In this document: positions 53,399 through 63,883 of the stretch, piece by piece
How the letters are laid out: the number at the start of each line of letters is the position of its first letter
Position numbering within the stretch: position 1 is the stretch's first letter
Assembly: GCA_035084275.1 (NCBI GenBank)
Contig: CM068744.1
Span: 13,330,001-13,394,000, forward strand
DNA: 64,000 nt
Source of the DNA: Hydrolagus colliei
Lineage: Eukaryota
Direction: 5' to 3'
Position numbers and translations under genes: made by a program
Notes under the pieces: model-generated
What the model was told of the DNA's origin: nothing
Databases searched by the model: none
What the model saw: the letters and a program-made list of their open reading frames with translations, nothing else

Positions 53399-53467
53399 GT
53401 GGTAGATTTGAAGCCAGATTCAGTTCAAGCCATGTTGGAGATGCAAAGCCACTTCCGCATCCAAGCT
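53399..53467 (-). CDS. Putative coding exon A of an unidentified minus-strand gene (xLGCGSGFASPTWLELNLASNLP)
   Basis: atttAG acceptor and CAC|GTAAGT donor; 69 nt; only one frame is open (phase 1-1); lies in non-repeat sequence. Confidence 0.55.
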
Positions 53468-53554
53468 CTAAATTATATTTATGATCCTAATAATATTACA
53501 CTTAATACAGTGTGTATAATGTCAAGAATGCCTCATTATGCTCCATAAAGTTTC

Positions 53555-53998
53555 TATGAAGTGTACTTTCATGCAAACCAGGCATCCCATTCTGGACACA
53601 GCAAAATCTCACAAACAGCCATGAAGTGAATGAGGAATTTATCTGGGGATTGTTGAAGGAAAAGATTGTTCAGAAAACAACAACAACAGCAAAATTACAT
53701 TTGTATAGCTCCTTTCACATCAGGATGACGTCCGAAAATCTCCCTTGTCTTTTCTAATTGTGCCGTGGAATTATTAACATTCACCTGAATGGGCTGATAG
53801 GACATTGGTTTACATATAGATTGATTTAACATTTTTATATTTGGTTTAACTTCTGATCTGAAGAACGACACCTCTAACAATGCAAAAGCCTCACACTACT
53901 GTTTTGGAGTGTCATTCTGGACTGTGAGCTCATAGTTCTAACATAGCCTTGAACCCACAACCTTTGGGCTCAGAGTACTACCCACTGAGCCAGACTAA
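53555..53998 (-). mobile_element. Older SacSINE1-like DeuSINE interrupted by an L2 tail (about 53676-53735)
   Basis: Reverse copy of head and Deu core. Confidence 0.7.
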
Positions 53999-54622
53999 CA
54001 CATATTTGCCTTTTGGAAAACAATGTTTATGTGGAAATTTGACTCAAGTAACTGCTTTGTAGATTCCAATCTTTTAGCTGTGATGCAAGGCTGTGAGGCT
54101 GACCCCAGACACAAGTGGCTGTAGTATTATCAAACTGACAGTTGCCTATGCATATGGATTGCAATTTAGTCTCTAGTTTACAAGCATTAGTGGCCTTGGG
54201 TCAATCTGTCATCTCACAGTAGTGTTGAAGGTTCTGATAATCTGACAGGTCAGCTATTAGTAAATTGCATGTAGTGGAGCAGGTAGTCAATGGGAATATA
54301 TCATCCCTGGCCCAGATCTCCTTTAGTGAGACCATAGCTTAGAGGATGTCACGGATGCCATTTTCTATAAGCATAGGTTAGCAACTTTTAGCAGAAAACA
54401 TTTGGAAATAAGTAGCTTCAAAGTCCTTGGGAAAGAAGCATTTCACGAGGAAAGGAAGTTCCTTTTGGCTACAATTACCATCTGCCATCTGCTAATAGTT
54501 CCCCTTTCACCCAACCTGTCAAATACCATTAGGAGAATATTATCATCTACCTTTTAATGTTCTACTGATTGTGACTTTGATTGTTATTGTGACAATAAGG
54601 GGAAAATCAACAATATTACTGT

Positions 54623-54859
54623 AATAATAATCCTTGTATTTGATATGGTGCTTTTTATGTCTTCTAGACATCTCAAAACACTTCAAAGAATATACTGTAA
54701 AGTGAATTGACTGTATATATGTGGGTGAAACACAGCAGTATGGATTGAAATGATCAACTTATTATTGTTTCGTGAGTAAAGAAACTTGCCCAAGGTTTCC
54801 CCAGCCTGGAATCGAACCCAGGTCTCTCACTTGTAAGGCGAGTGCTCTAACCACTGAGC
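54623..54859 (-). mobile_element. tRNA-headed Deu SINE with internal deletions
   Basis: Head and tail match the family. Confidence 0.88.
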
Positions 54860-55095
54860 ACTCTGAGATGGAGGGCGTGGAGGGCACTATATAAATCAAA
54901 GTTGTTGTTGTTGCAGCTAACAAAAGTCAGGCAGTGGTCTTATTACCAGTTGATAATAGAAACATTAATTCACTTTGGAATGAGAGAGCATGCCTACTTA
55001 GGTCCATTTTAATTTATTAATATCTGGGCACAAGCAAAGCATGTCATTACATCAATACCATAATCCCTGCAAATATTTCAACTAGCATCAGTATA

Positions 55096-55385
55096 ACAAC
55101 ATCAACAACAAAATTACATTTGTATAATGCCTCTCACGTCGGGAGGACGTCCCAAGGCACTGGACAGTCAGTGTTTCAGACCAGAACTGGGGTCAGGATC
55201 GGGAAGGGTGGAGGGAAAGGAGAAGATTTGGGGTGACCGATGGGACCGTCAAAGAGAAGGGACTTGTGGTGGAACCTGAAGGCGGCTAGGGAGGGGGCAA
55301 GGCAGAGGGATTGCAGAATGGAATGCCTGAGGATGGGGTGGCTGAAAGCTCGCCTGCCGATGGTGGGGTGGCAGGGTCTGGGGAC
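55096..55385 (-). mobile_element. L2 family B-like 3' end
   Basis: Tail plus homology to 26630-26930. Confidence 0.82.
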
Positions 55386-56099
55386 ATGATTTATTCAATG
55401 AATAATCTCCTGTATCATAATTAGCCAAGAAGCTCAATTCTACTCCCCCTCCTCACAAGATGCTCTGAGTCACTGAATGTTTCCTTACTCTACAAGCCTT
55501 TGTCTACCTTGCAGTAAGCAGGAACCCAATTGTTTGATGATTGGCAGATCGTTTTCAATAAAGCAATAATCCTTGAGAAAAAAAGTGGTCACTCAATCCA
55601 TGATTGTTTATGCGACAGTGTTTGTGGACAATTGGCTGCTGCATTTTGCCTGCAATAGTCAATTCACTTTACAATATATTCTGGGAAACACTTTGAGATG
55701 TCTCAACGACATGATAAGGCGCTATATAAAAACATAAAAACAGGAGTAGGCTATTCAGCCTCTTGAGCTTGTTCCTCCATTTTATAAGATCATGGCTTTT
55801 CTGTACCTCTAGTCTAGTTACCTGCCCTTGCCCTATATCCCTTGATACCCTGAATTAACAAATATAAAATGCATTGCAAACATATCAAATGCAAGGAATA
55901 TTATTGCATAGGCGATGTAAATCTCAAACTCCTGAGTGAGGAATGTTTTTCATACTTGGATGAATTTTTGAATAACAAAGAAAATGACATTGGGATAGCT
56001 GTCTCCAGTGAAGGACTAATTAACAGCAAAGGCTCAATGGGCCAAATGGTCATAGTGTACTACCTGCACCCAGATAGTACAGAGTGTACTATCTGCACC

Positions 56100-57022
56100 C
56101 GGAGGCGGGTGCAGATAGTACACAGGCTGCATGACATGCAGCCTGTGAATGGAGGAGCTGGGGAGGCCAACGAGGAGAGAGTTTCCGTAGTCCAGCCGTG
56201 AGGTGATGTACGCGTGCACGAGTGTTTCGGCAGCGTGGGGGGGGTGAGATAGTTGCGGAGCCTGGCAATGTTGTGCAGGTGGAAATAAGCGGTGCCGATC
56301 AAGGCACGGATGTGGGGGAGGAAGGAGAGTTTATGGTCGAACGTGATGCCGAGGTTCCTGACTGGCTTTGTGAGGTGGAGAGTACAGCCTTGGATGTTGA
56401 GGCTGGCAGCGCCCGATGTGCGGAGGCGCTGGCTTGAGCCAATCAGGAGGGCCTCGATCTTGCTCACGTTCAATTGGAGGAAGTTGTCCCTCGTCCAGGA
56501 CTCAATGTCGGACAGACATGCTGTCAGAACATCGATGGTCTGGGGGTTGAGGGATGAGGCTGAGAGGTACAGTTGTGTGTCGTCCGCATACATGTGGAAA
56601 TTTACCCCATATTTGCGGATGACATCACCCAGAGGGAGCGTGTAAATGGTGAAAAGGAGGGGGCCAAGGACAGAGCCCTGGGGGACGCCATGAGAAACTG
56701 AGCGGGGGTTGAGGAGAAACTGTTAGAAGATACAAAATGTAGGCGGTGGGTCAGGTAGGAATGGAACCAGTCAAGGACTGTGCCTTGAAAGTTGAGGTGG
56801 GAGGAAAGACGTTGAAGGAGGATGGTTTGATCGACTGTGTCGAACGCAGCAGACAGGTCAAGGAGGACGAGGAGGCAGAGGGAGCCCTGGTCGCAGGTGG
56901 TTAGGATGTAGTTTGTAACCTCGACCAGGGCAGTTTCCGTGTTGTGAGCAGGACGGAAACTTGATTGGAGGGGTTCAAGGAGTGAGTGAGTTAAAAGGAA
57001 GGAGCGGAGCTGGGAGGCAACC
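56100..57022 (-). mobile_element. L2 LINE family B internal RT fragment, truncated at both ends
   Basis: QSSFR..H.TETAL, LVLLDLSAAFDTVD and YADDTQLY motifs; nearly identical to the 27115-27658 copy where they overlap. Confidence 0.95.
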
Positions 57023-58559
57023 ACTCTTTCAAGGGCACCAGGTGAGCTTCAGAAAAACCTGTAGACTTGTGCAGTCGGATGTCAGTATCCAGCTCCTTGA
57101 ACCCTCTCTGCCCTACATCTTCCACCACTTTGTTCAGGTCCAGATCCCTGAATATTCAGTGCCTTGGGATGTTTTCTAGTCTGTGAGGTGTTTATAGTCC
57201 ATGTTAACCTTCACATCTCCCCATCATCTCTCCCTATCTCTTATCCCATATACAGTACCTCACATTGTACAAAAGGCCAGGCTGAGATGTGCAATGTCAA
57301 TTGAGATTAAGATTCAATCTCTTGATTTCAGAGGTAAAATATTAACATTTTTAGTGACCGAACCATGCAAACTCTATTTATGGACTATCAGATGAATCAC
57401 TGTTTAATAGTAGGTATAGCATTGTGATGTTAAATCTTTTAGGATCTGATAAGAATTTCTGCAATTAAAAAGTTTCTGCATTTTATTTTGAGGATTTCAT
57501 ATATTTATTCTCTTTGTTTTTTGGAGTGATATTCACTATCCTTTCTATATGAACTGGCAAATTGTCTGTTCCTGCATTTCTGCTAATGCAACTGCAGAAT
57601 GCCACAAAGGGGAGCTTGGAGAGGTGACAGGGTGACTGACCTCTTTTTCCTTCTTGGTGGAAATTTTTCTTTAGAGTTCACAAGATTGTATTGGGCCAAA
57701 AGTGTCCTTCAGACCATCTGATCTCATCCCTCCAGAACACCCATCTTACCATCCTGCCACCCACAACATCAAGCTTCTTTTATTCTCCGTTTGTCAGAAA
57801 TATTGATGACTTCCGTCAGTGAACACATTTTATTCAGTACACATTAGTAAATGTACTAACATTAGTGCACACAATGTAATTGGAGAAAAGAACCTTGTTA
57901 GTTTTCACTTTATAGCTCCTCTGAGATCAGATATTTATCATGCAGGGGAAACTGGGGTAACCTTCTTTCACCATATTTCATGACACATTTGGAGTTGCAG
58001 CTCATTGTGACTATTCGCTGACTTTTACTAGTTTATTCCAAAAAAACAGAAAGGAAATGTTCTTGGATTCTCTACATATCCACTTTCTACTTTGTAAATC
58101 TTTCCTGTGGGAAGTCACAGAGGATCGGTTTTCTCAAAATGGCACGTAACAGTTCTTATTCCAAAGCTTTTAGAAAGTTTTTCTTTTAAAGACAAAAGGT
58201 GTAGAGTTCACTATTACTTTTGTTGGAATCCTTGGTGTTGTACCATTTTATAGTGGGAAACTTAGAACAACAAGTTGCATTTATATTGCTCATTTTATGT
58301 AGGACTAGCTGTACCCGTTGCAGCTATGCTTGTAGCCAAGGACCCAATATGCAATGCAGATTTCAGTGATCACACTCACAATCCATTTTACATGCCATAA
58401 GCACTGTGTGTACACCTGAAGCAAGACTGCTGTACATGTGTGATGATCTTGTCTAGGTCATAACTCATCAACGAAAAAAGATCCTATCAAAGGATCATAG
58501 CTTGGATTGCCCTCCCGACATGAAAGGCGCTATACAAATGTAATTTTGTTGTTGCAACA

Positions 58560-59223
58560 TCGCCAGACTCCACCACTGCCTCAACCCTCAGACTGTCGAA
58601 ACCACACATTCGTCGCATCAAGGCTCGACTATGGAAGCTCCCTTGTCGTCAGCTTTCCTGGTTCTTCCCTTCACAAGCTGCAGATCATCCAGAACTCTGC
58701 AGCTCGTGTCCTCACCCGCACCAAGCTCCGCGACCACATCACTCCCGGCTCCATTGGCTCCCCATCCCCCAGAGGATCGAATTCAAGATCCTCGTCCTCA
58801 CTTTCAAGGCCATTCACTGTCTTGCCCCCCCTCTACCTCTCTGACCTGCTGTCCCCATACGAACCTCCCTGCCCACTCCATTCAGCAGGCTCCAGTCTGT
58901 TCCATATCCCCCGCTCGACCCGCCCTATTATTGGCAGGTGGGCTTTCAGCCTCTTTGCCCCCACACTCTGGAACTCCATCCAGCAGTCCCTTCGCCTCGC
59001 TCCCTCCCTCGCCTCTTTCAAGGTTGATCTCAAGACTCTCCTCTTCTACCATGCCTTCTGCTGCCAGCCCAACTCTCTCTCTCCCCTCTCTCTCCCGCCA
59101 CTCCCCCCTATCCTGCCCCTCTCCCTTGCTCGGGTCCCGACTGGACTGTTCAGCAAATTGGGACATCCTCCCGATGTAAAAGACGCTCTATAAATGTAAT
59201 TTTGTTGTTGTTGTTGTTGTTGT
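58560..59223 (+). mobile_element. L2 LINE 3' fragment inserted in the 3' part of the Helitron
   Basis: SRLDYGS, IQNSAARVL, AFSLFAPTLWN; (TTG)n tail; a separate tail-only copy precedes it at about 58502-58554. Confidence 0.92.
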
Positions 59224-60601
59224 TTATCATGAATGATAGATCTTATCATAGCTAATTGCTACTGAAAAGCTTTACTGTGTGATCCAGCAGATCCTCGAGT
59301 TATTGCAATGCTTCCGTATAGACAACATTTTCAATTTTTCTTCCTTTGGCCATGATGTACAAGTTTTGAGATGAACCCACAAGTGAACATTCAACATAGA
59401 ATTGTCCATGGGAAAAGCAGTGTGTATCCATGAAAAGGTCAGCGACCTTTAAGTGTTGCATCCGTGTCTTGTTAATTGACAAAGCAAAGCACATATGAAC
59501 TGGGAATTGGAGCCTTTTCAACTCAAACAGGTAGTCACCTGGGAGCAGTGAGATTCGAGAAATGAATACATCTTTCCCTTTGAACTGACCAGTCAGAATA
59601 GTTGCTTCTGTGGCATGTGGCATCAACTGTTTTACCACCAACGTTGTGCCATTGCATAGCTTTGGTACATCTAGATTCCTCAGCAGCATGATTATGCAGC
59701 TGGAAGTCTCCTGACAAAATTAAGTGTCATTCCTTATATCTGGGTGTTTTCCCTGATGTCCTGAAGTGTCCTCTCCAGAGCCTCAAAGGCATGCTTGTGC
59801 GATATGGTGCACTCATCCCACACAATGGTTTTACAGTCCTTGATTAATATGGCTGCAGCTGTACCCTTGTTGATGTTGCACACTGGATCCTCTGCATAAG
59901 AAAGGTTCAGTGGCAGCTTAAAGGTAGAATTAGCTCTTCTGCCGTCCGTAAGTAGAATTGCTGCAATACTAGAGGACACAAAAACAAGTGCAATTTCAAA
60001 TCTTGACTAAGAGTAGATTGATGAGGTATGTTTATTCCTATTCCACCAGGTGCATCAAGAAAAATAATGCCTCCTTCATCATGGCCAACTTTGTGAAAAA
60101 TACTCTGATACGCTGCAGCTTGATCAGCTGTCATAGTCGATTCTCTCTCCTGGACAAATGTTTCATTTCATCTTTATTATAGTTGTTTTCTCTGGCAAAG
60201 GTGACAACTTCGGTTCTGTGAGTACAGAGCAGATTGTAGTGTGGCAATTCCTTTCCCCCCAATGTCATTAGCTTATCTTCCAATTGCACGAGTGCCTGGT
60301 TGATGATGGCATCACTTTAGTGGATTTGCACTGTGTAGCTGATAGAAAAAGTCTTCTGACATGCATTCTTTGTGGTTATTCCACAGCTGTCTTGGATTAG
60401 ATAAACAGCAGGTATGAAGGCAAACAAATTATTCAGTCTGGTAATAGACCGTGCCATTGCTGCTTCTTCTAATGTCTGGTTCCATTGAGCATCAACGTCT
60501 AAGAGACCCCTGTGGTGGCAAGCTTCTCCGAACATATCCCAGACTTCTGGTAGTATGTTACCTCGTCTCTTCAGGCTTCCTCTCTTTCAAGTCTAAACTG
60601 T

Positions 60602-60915
60602 GGAGTCCTGTAGCTCAGTGGTTAGAGCACTCGCCTTGCAAGTAAGAGAACTGGGTTCGATTCCCAGCAGGGATAAACCTTGGGCAAGTTTCCTCACTCC
60701 ACTTGCCTGATAATAATCCCTCGAAACAAACCAATAATAAATTTATCATTTCAATTGACGACTGTTTTTGCGGGACACTGCTATGCGCAGTTTTCTGTCA
60801 CGTTTCACGCACAAATATACAATCAATTCAGTTTACAGTATATTCTGTGAAGGGCTTTGAGATGGCTAGCTGACGTGAAAAGCACTGTATCAAATGCAAG
60901 GATTATTATTATTAT
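60602..60915 (+). mobile_element. tRNA-headed Deu SINE inserted in the Helitron
   Basis: Consensus A box TAGCTCAGTGG and B box GGTTCGATTCC; full body and tail. Confidence 0.93.
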
Positions 60916-62079
60916 TTGATTATTATTAACAGTGTTACAAAATAATGTTCCGCTTACCATGTTCTTCACCGACAATCAGGATGGCCACTTTGTCAGTAGT
61001 TGGTGCATTGTACCAACCTCATGCTGGCCAGTAGGTGTCTTGTCTGAATGGATGATTATTCTATATTCTTCCGCCGTCATTCATTCCATTGCAGACTTGA
61101 CGCTCCTTATGTATACGTTACTGTAGTGAAGCATGTCTTGCAGATCTAGTATGAGATTTTTGTTCAAACCCAGAACATTGCTCCCGCATTGCATGGCTTG
61201 CTCTTCTCGGTTTGTCATGAGGTAGATCTGTAAGAATTTTGGCAAAGCGTTTAAAGATCCCGATAAGTGATACACTTGGCCTTGCACTTTAAATGTTGGC
61301 ATGTAGCCTGGCTCTTTAATTTCTCTAGTTGCGCAAAAAGGGATCATCTGGAAGCACAAATTGCATTTCCTAAAGTTTACTAGAAAATGCGTAGAATCAC
61401 TTGATGTGCTATCCAGCATACTTTTCAGGAGTTCAGGTGACTCTGTGAGTCACTCTGTTTTCACCTTACCAGGTGAGCAACGTATGGAAGGAACTTCTTT
61501 TTATGGTTCCAAAGTGGGCATCTGCATTCCATATACAAGTACTGTATTCCCAATATGGTGGCCCCCATCTGAATCATAGTCTCTGCCTGAAACATAGTTG
61601 AGAGGAGCTAAATAAAATGAACCCGAAGGCCGGGTGTCATTTTGTCATGTTCTTGCATGACTTTCTGCGGCAAAGTCCAGCCCCGTGCTGTTCTTGGTTT
61701 ATCAGTTTCATTTAATCGGCTTTCTCTCTTTTGTCTGGTAGTTTATTTGTCCTTCAAAGGCTTGATATTCGCTTAGGCATCTGTATCTTGTTCCCGCCAC
61801 TTGGCTTCATTTGAATGTGCGCTGCATGTGTGCGTATATGTGTGCTCTGCAACACACAATGCCACAGCACTACTGGGAGTCAGTGAGACCAGCAGGTGTA
61901 ACTACAATGCAAAATGCAAAACTCCTGTGCGCAATAGGCTGCCGTGTTTCGCCCACAAATATACAGTCAACTCATTTTACAGTATATTCTGTGAAGCGCT
62001 TTGAGATGTTTGAAAGATGTGAAAAGCGCTATAACAAATGCAATTATTCTTTTTATTATTAAGTCATAGCTCATCAATG

Positions 62080-63060
62080 GGGTGGAGACATGGAGCAGGC
62101 AGGTCGATAGGGGGTCAGCAGGTCAGAAAGGTAGGTGGGGTAAGACTGAAGGGCTTTGAAAGTGAGGATGAGGATCTTGAATTCTACCCTCTGATGGATG
62201 GGGAGCCTTTGGAGCTGGGCATGGGTGGGGTGGATAGGGTCGCTGAGCTGGTGAAGATACGAGATGCAGAGTTTTGGATGATCTGTAGCTTGTGGACAGA
62301 GAAGTTGGGGAGGTCGACAAGGAGGGAGTTGTCGTAGTCAAGCATTGAGGTGAAAAAAACATGTGTAAGGGTTTCCGTGGCCTGAGGGTTGACGCAGTGG
62401 CCAAGGCGGGAGATGTTGCAGAGGTGATGAAATGTTGCAGAGGTGATGCAGTGCTGGTCATGTAATGGATGGATATGTGGATAAAGGACAGTTCAGGTTC
62501 AATCAAGACATCCAGCCATCCTGAACTGGCTTGGTGAGATGGAATGCGCATCCATGGATGATGATGCTGCCAGTTCCTGAGCTGATAAGGCTCTGGCTCA
62601 AGCCAATCAGGAGGGGTTCATTGAAGGAGTGGGAGGAAAGTTTAAAACAAAGCTGGGAAGCAATAACTGTTTTAAGGATCTTGCAAAGAAAGGGAGGTTG
62701 GAGATGGGCCAGTAACTGGAAAGCAGGGATGCACCAGGGAAGGATTCTTCAGGATCGGGGTGATTGTGGCTGTTTTGGGTGGGTTGGGAACAGTGCCAGA
62801 TGATAGGGAGAGATTGATGGTGTCGGAGAGTAGGGGGGGTGGCGAGGAGGTTGAGATGGGAGGTAAGGAGAGGGGTGGGTATGTGTTCAAGGGAGTAGGT
62901 GGTGGGCTTTATAGACGATATAGTGTTGTTGACAGAGGAGGGGGAGACAGGTTCATAAGTTTGGAAGGAGGGATGGATGGGAATACGAGTGTGGAGGCAG
63001 CTGAACGGATTCCCTTGATTTTGGACTTAAGGAAATCCAGCATCTCCTTGCAGTGAGAGT
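62080..63060 (-). mobile_element. Degenerate L2 LINE ORF2 fragments with internal deletions
   Basis: INLSLSSGTVP..KTATITPILK motif plus 3' segments homologous to the 26.6 kb copy. Confidence 0.85.
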
Positions 63061-63299
63061 TAGAGGAGAGAATAGGCAAGGGGTGGGGGAGTTAGGTTAG
63101 CCCCAACTCAAGCCTCAGCCCCAGGTATCTTCTAGGAGGGTACCACTGGGCATTGGCATGGCCTCCAGGTATAACTACAATACATGCAACTCTGTGATTT
63201 AGGTTATAGCTCATCAACAATAGGAGATCTCAAAAAAATGCCCATGCCCTCCTAGGAGCAACGCATTTCCAATGAGATAAAAATCATGTCTCTAGGAAA

Positions 63300-63490
63300 A
63301 AAAACCATAATAAATTGGTCATTTCAATCCTAGACTGTTTGTGGGATACTGCTGTGCCTGATTGGCTGCAGAATTTTGCCCACAATCAATATACAGTCAA
63401 TTCACTTTACAGTATATTCTGTGAAGCGCTTTGGGACGTCTAGAAGACGTGAAAAGTGTTATATCAAATGCAAGGATTCTTATTGTTATT
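63300..63490 (+). mobile_element. Deu SINE 3' half
   Basis: Deu core and tail. Confidence 0.88.
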
Positions 63491-63883
63491 GAATTTTCTC
63501 CACAGAATTTTCTGCTAATTGTAGTAATTTAGAGACACCATTGTAGTAACACAGAGACACTACTCCATGTGAAGGGTGCCATATAGATGTGTGTTGTTGT
63601 TACTGCCAGTCAATTTGCACACAATATCCTGCAAACATCCATGAAATGAATGACCAACTTTTACCTGGGGGATTTAAGGTCAGGAAGCCAGGTGAAACTC
63701 TATTTTTGAACAGTGCTAATGGGTCAACGTGCATATTCAGGCTAATGGGACTTCAGTTTACATCTATAACAATCCCTCCATCAATCTCGGCTGCAAGCTT
63801 AATTCCTGGTAAGGGGCTCAAGCTTACAACCAATGTGAATTGCGCATTCACTTCTGAATCTGAGGAGAGTTCTACCTTAGTGG

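Larger units (their letters stand above)
58305..61780 (-). mobile_element. Degenerate, internally deleted Helitron (RepHel remnants); 5' non-coding end unresolved
   Basis: Pif1-type helicase motifs IFLDAPGG, SSSIAAILLTDGRRANSTFKLP, IVWDE, SGDFQ, MLLRNL..LCNGT, RLQFPV..FALSINK and FSHGQFYV; N-terminal Helitron motifs HFL.NFR, PTFKVQGQVYH..GSL and YNAPTTDKVAILIVG; 3' terminus ..CGGGTACAGCTAG|T at 58305. Confidence 0.92.

Noticed and set aside
53445-53467. LGCGSG as a SAM-methyltransferase motif I
   Set aside because: The downstream sequence shows no Rossmann-fold pattern or acidic motif II, and the preceding residue is unknown.
55956-56015. Possible upstream 60-nt minus-strand exon
   Set aside because: All three frames are open and the splice sites are only moderate; it cannot be distinguished from chance.
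59300-60134. Host PIF1 helicase gene
   Set aside because: Intronless and frameshifted, with Helitron-specific N-terminal motifs and a CTAG terminus; it is a transposon remnant.
60602-60675. tRNA-Ala/Val-like genes at SINE 5' ends
   Set aside because: Each is followed by the same SINE body and has a degraded cloverleaf; these are SINE heads, not tRNA genes.
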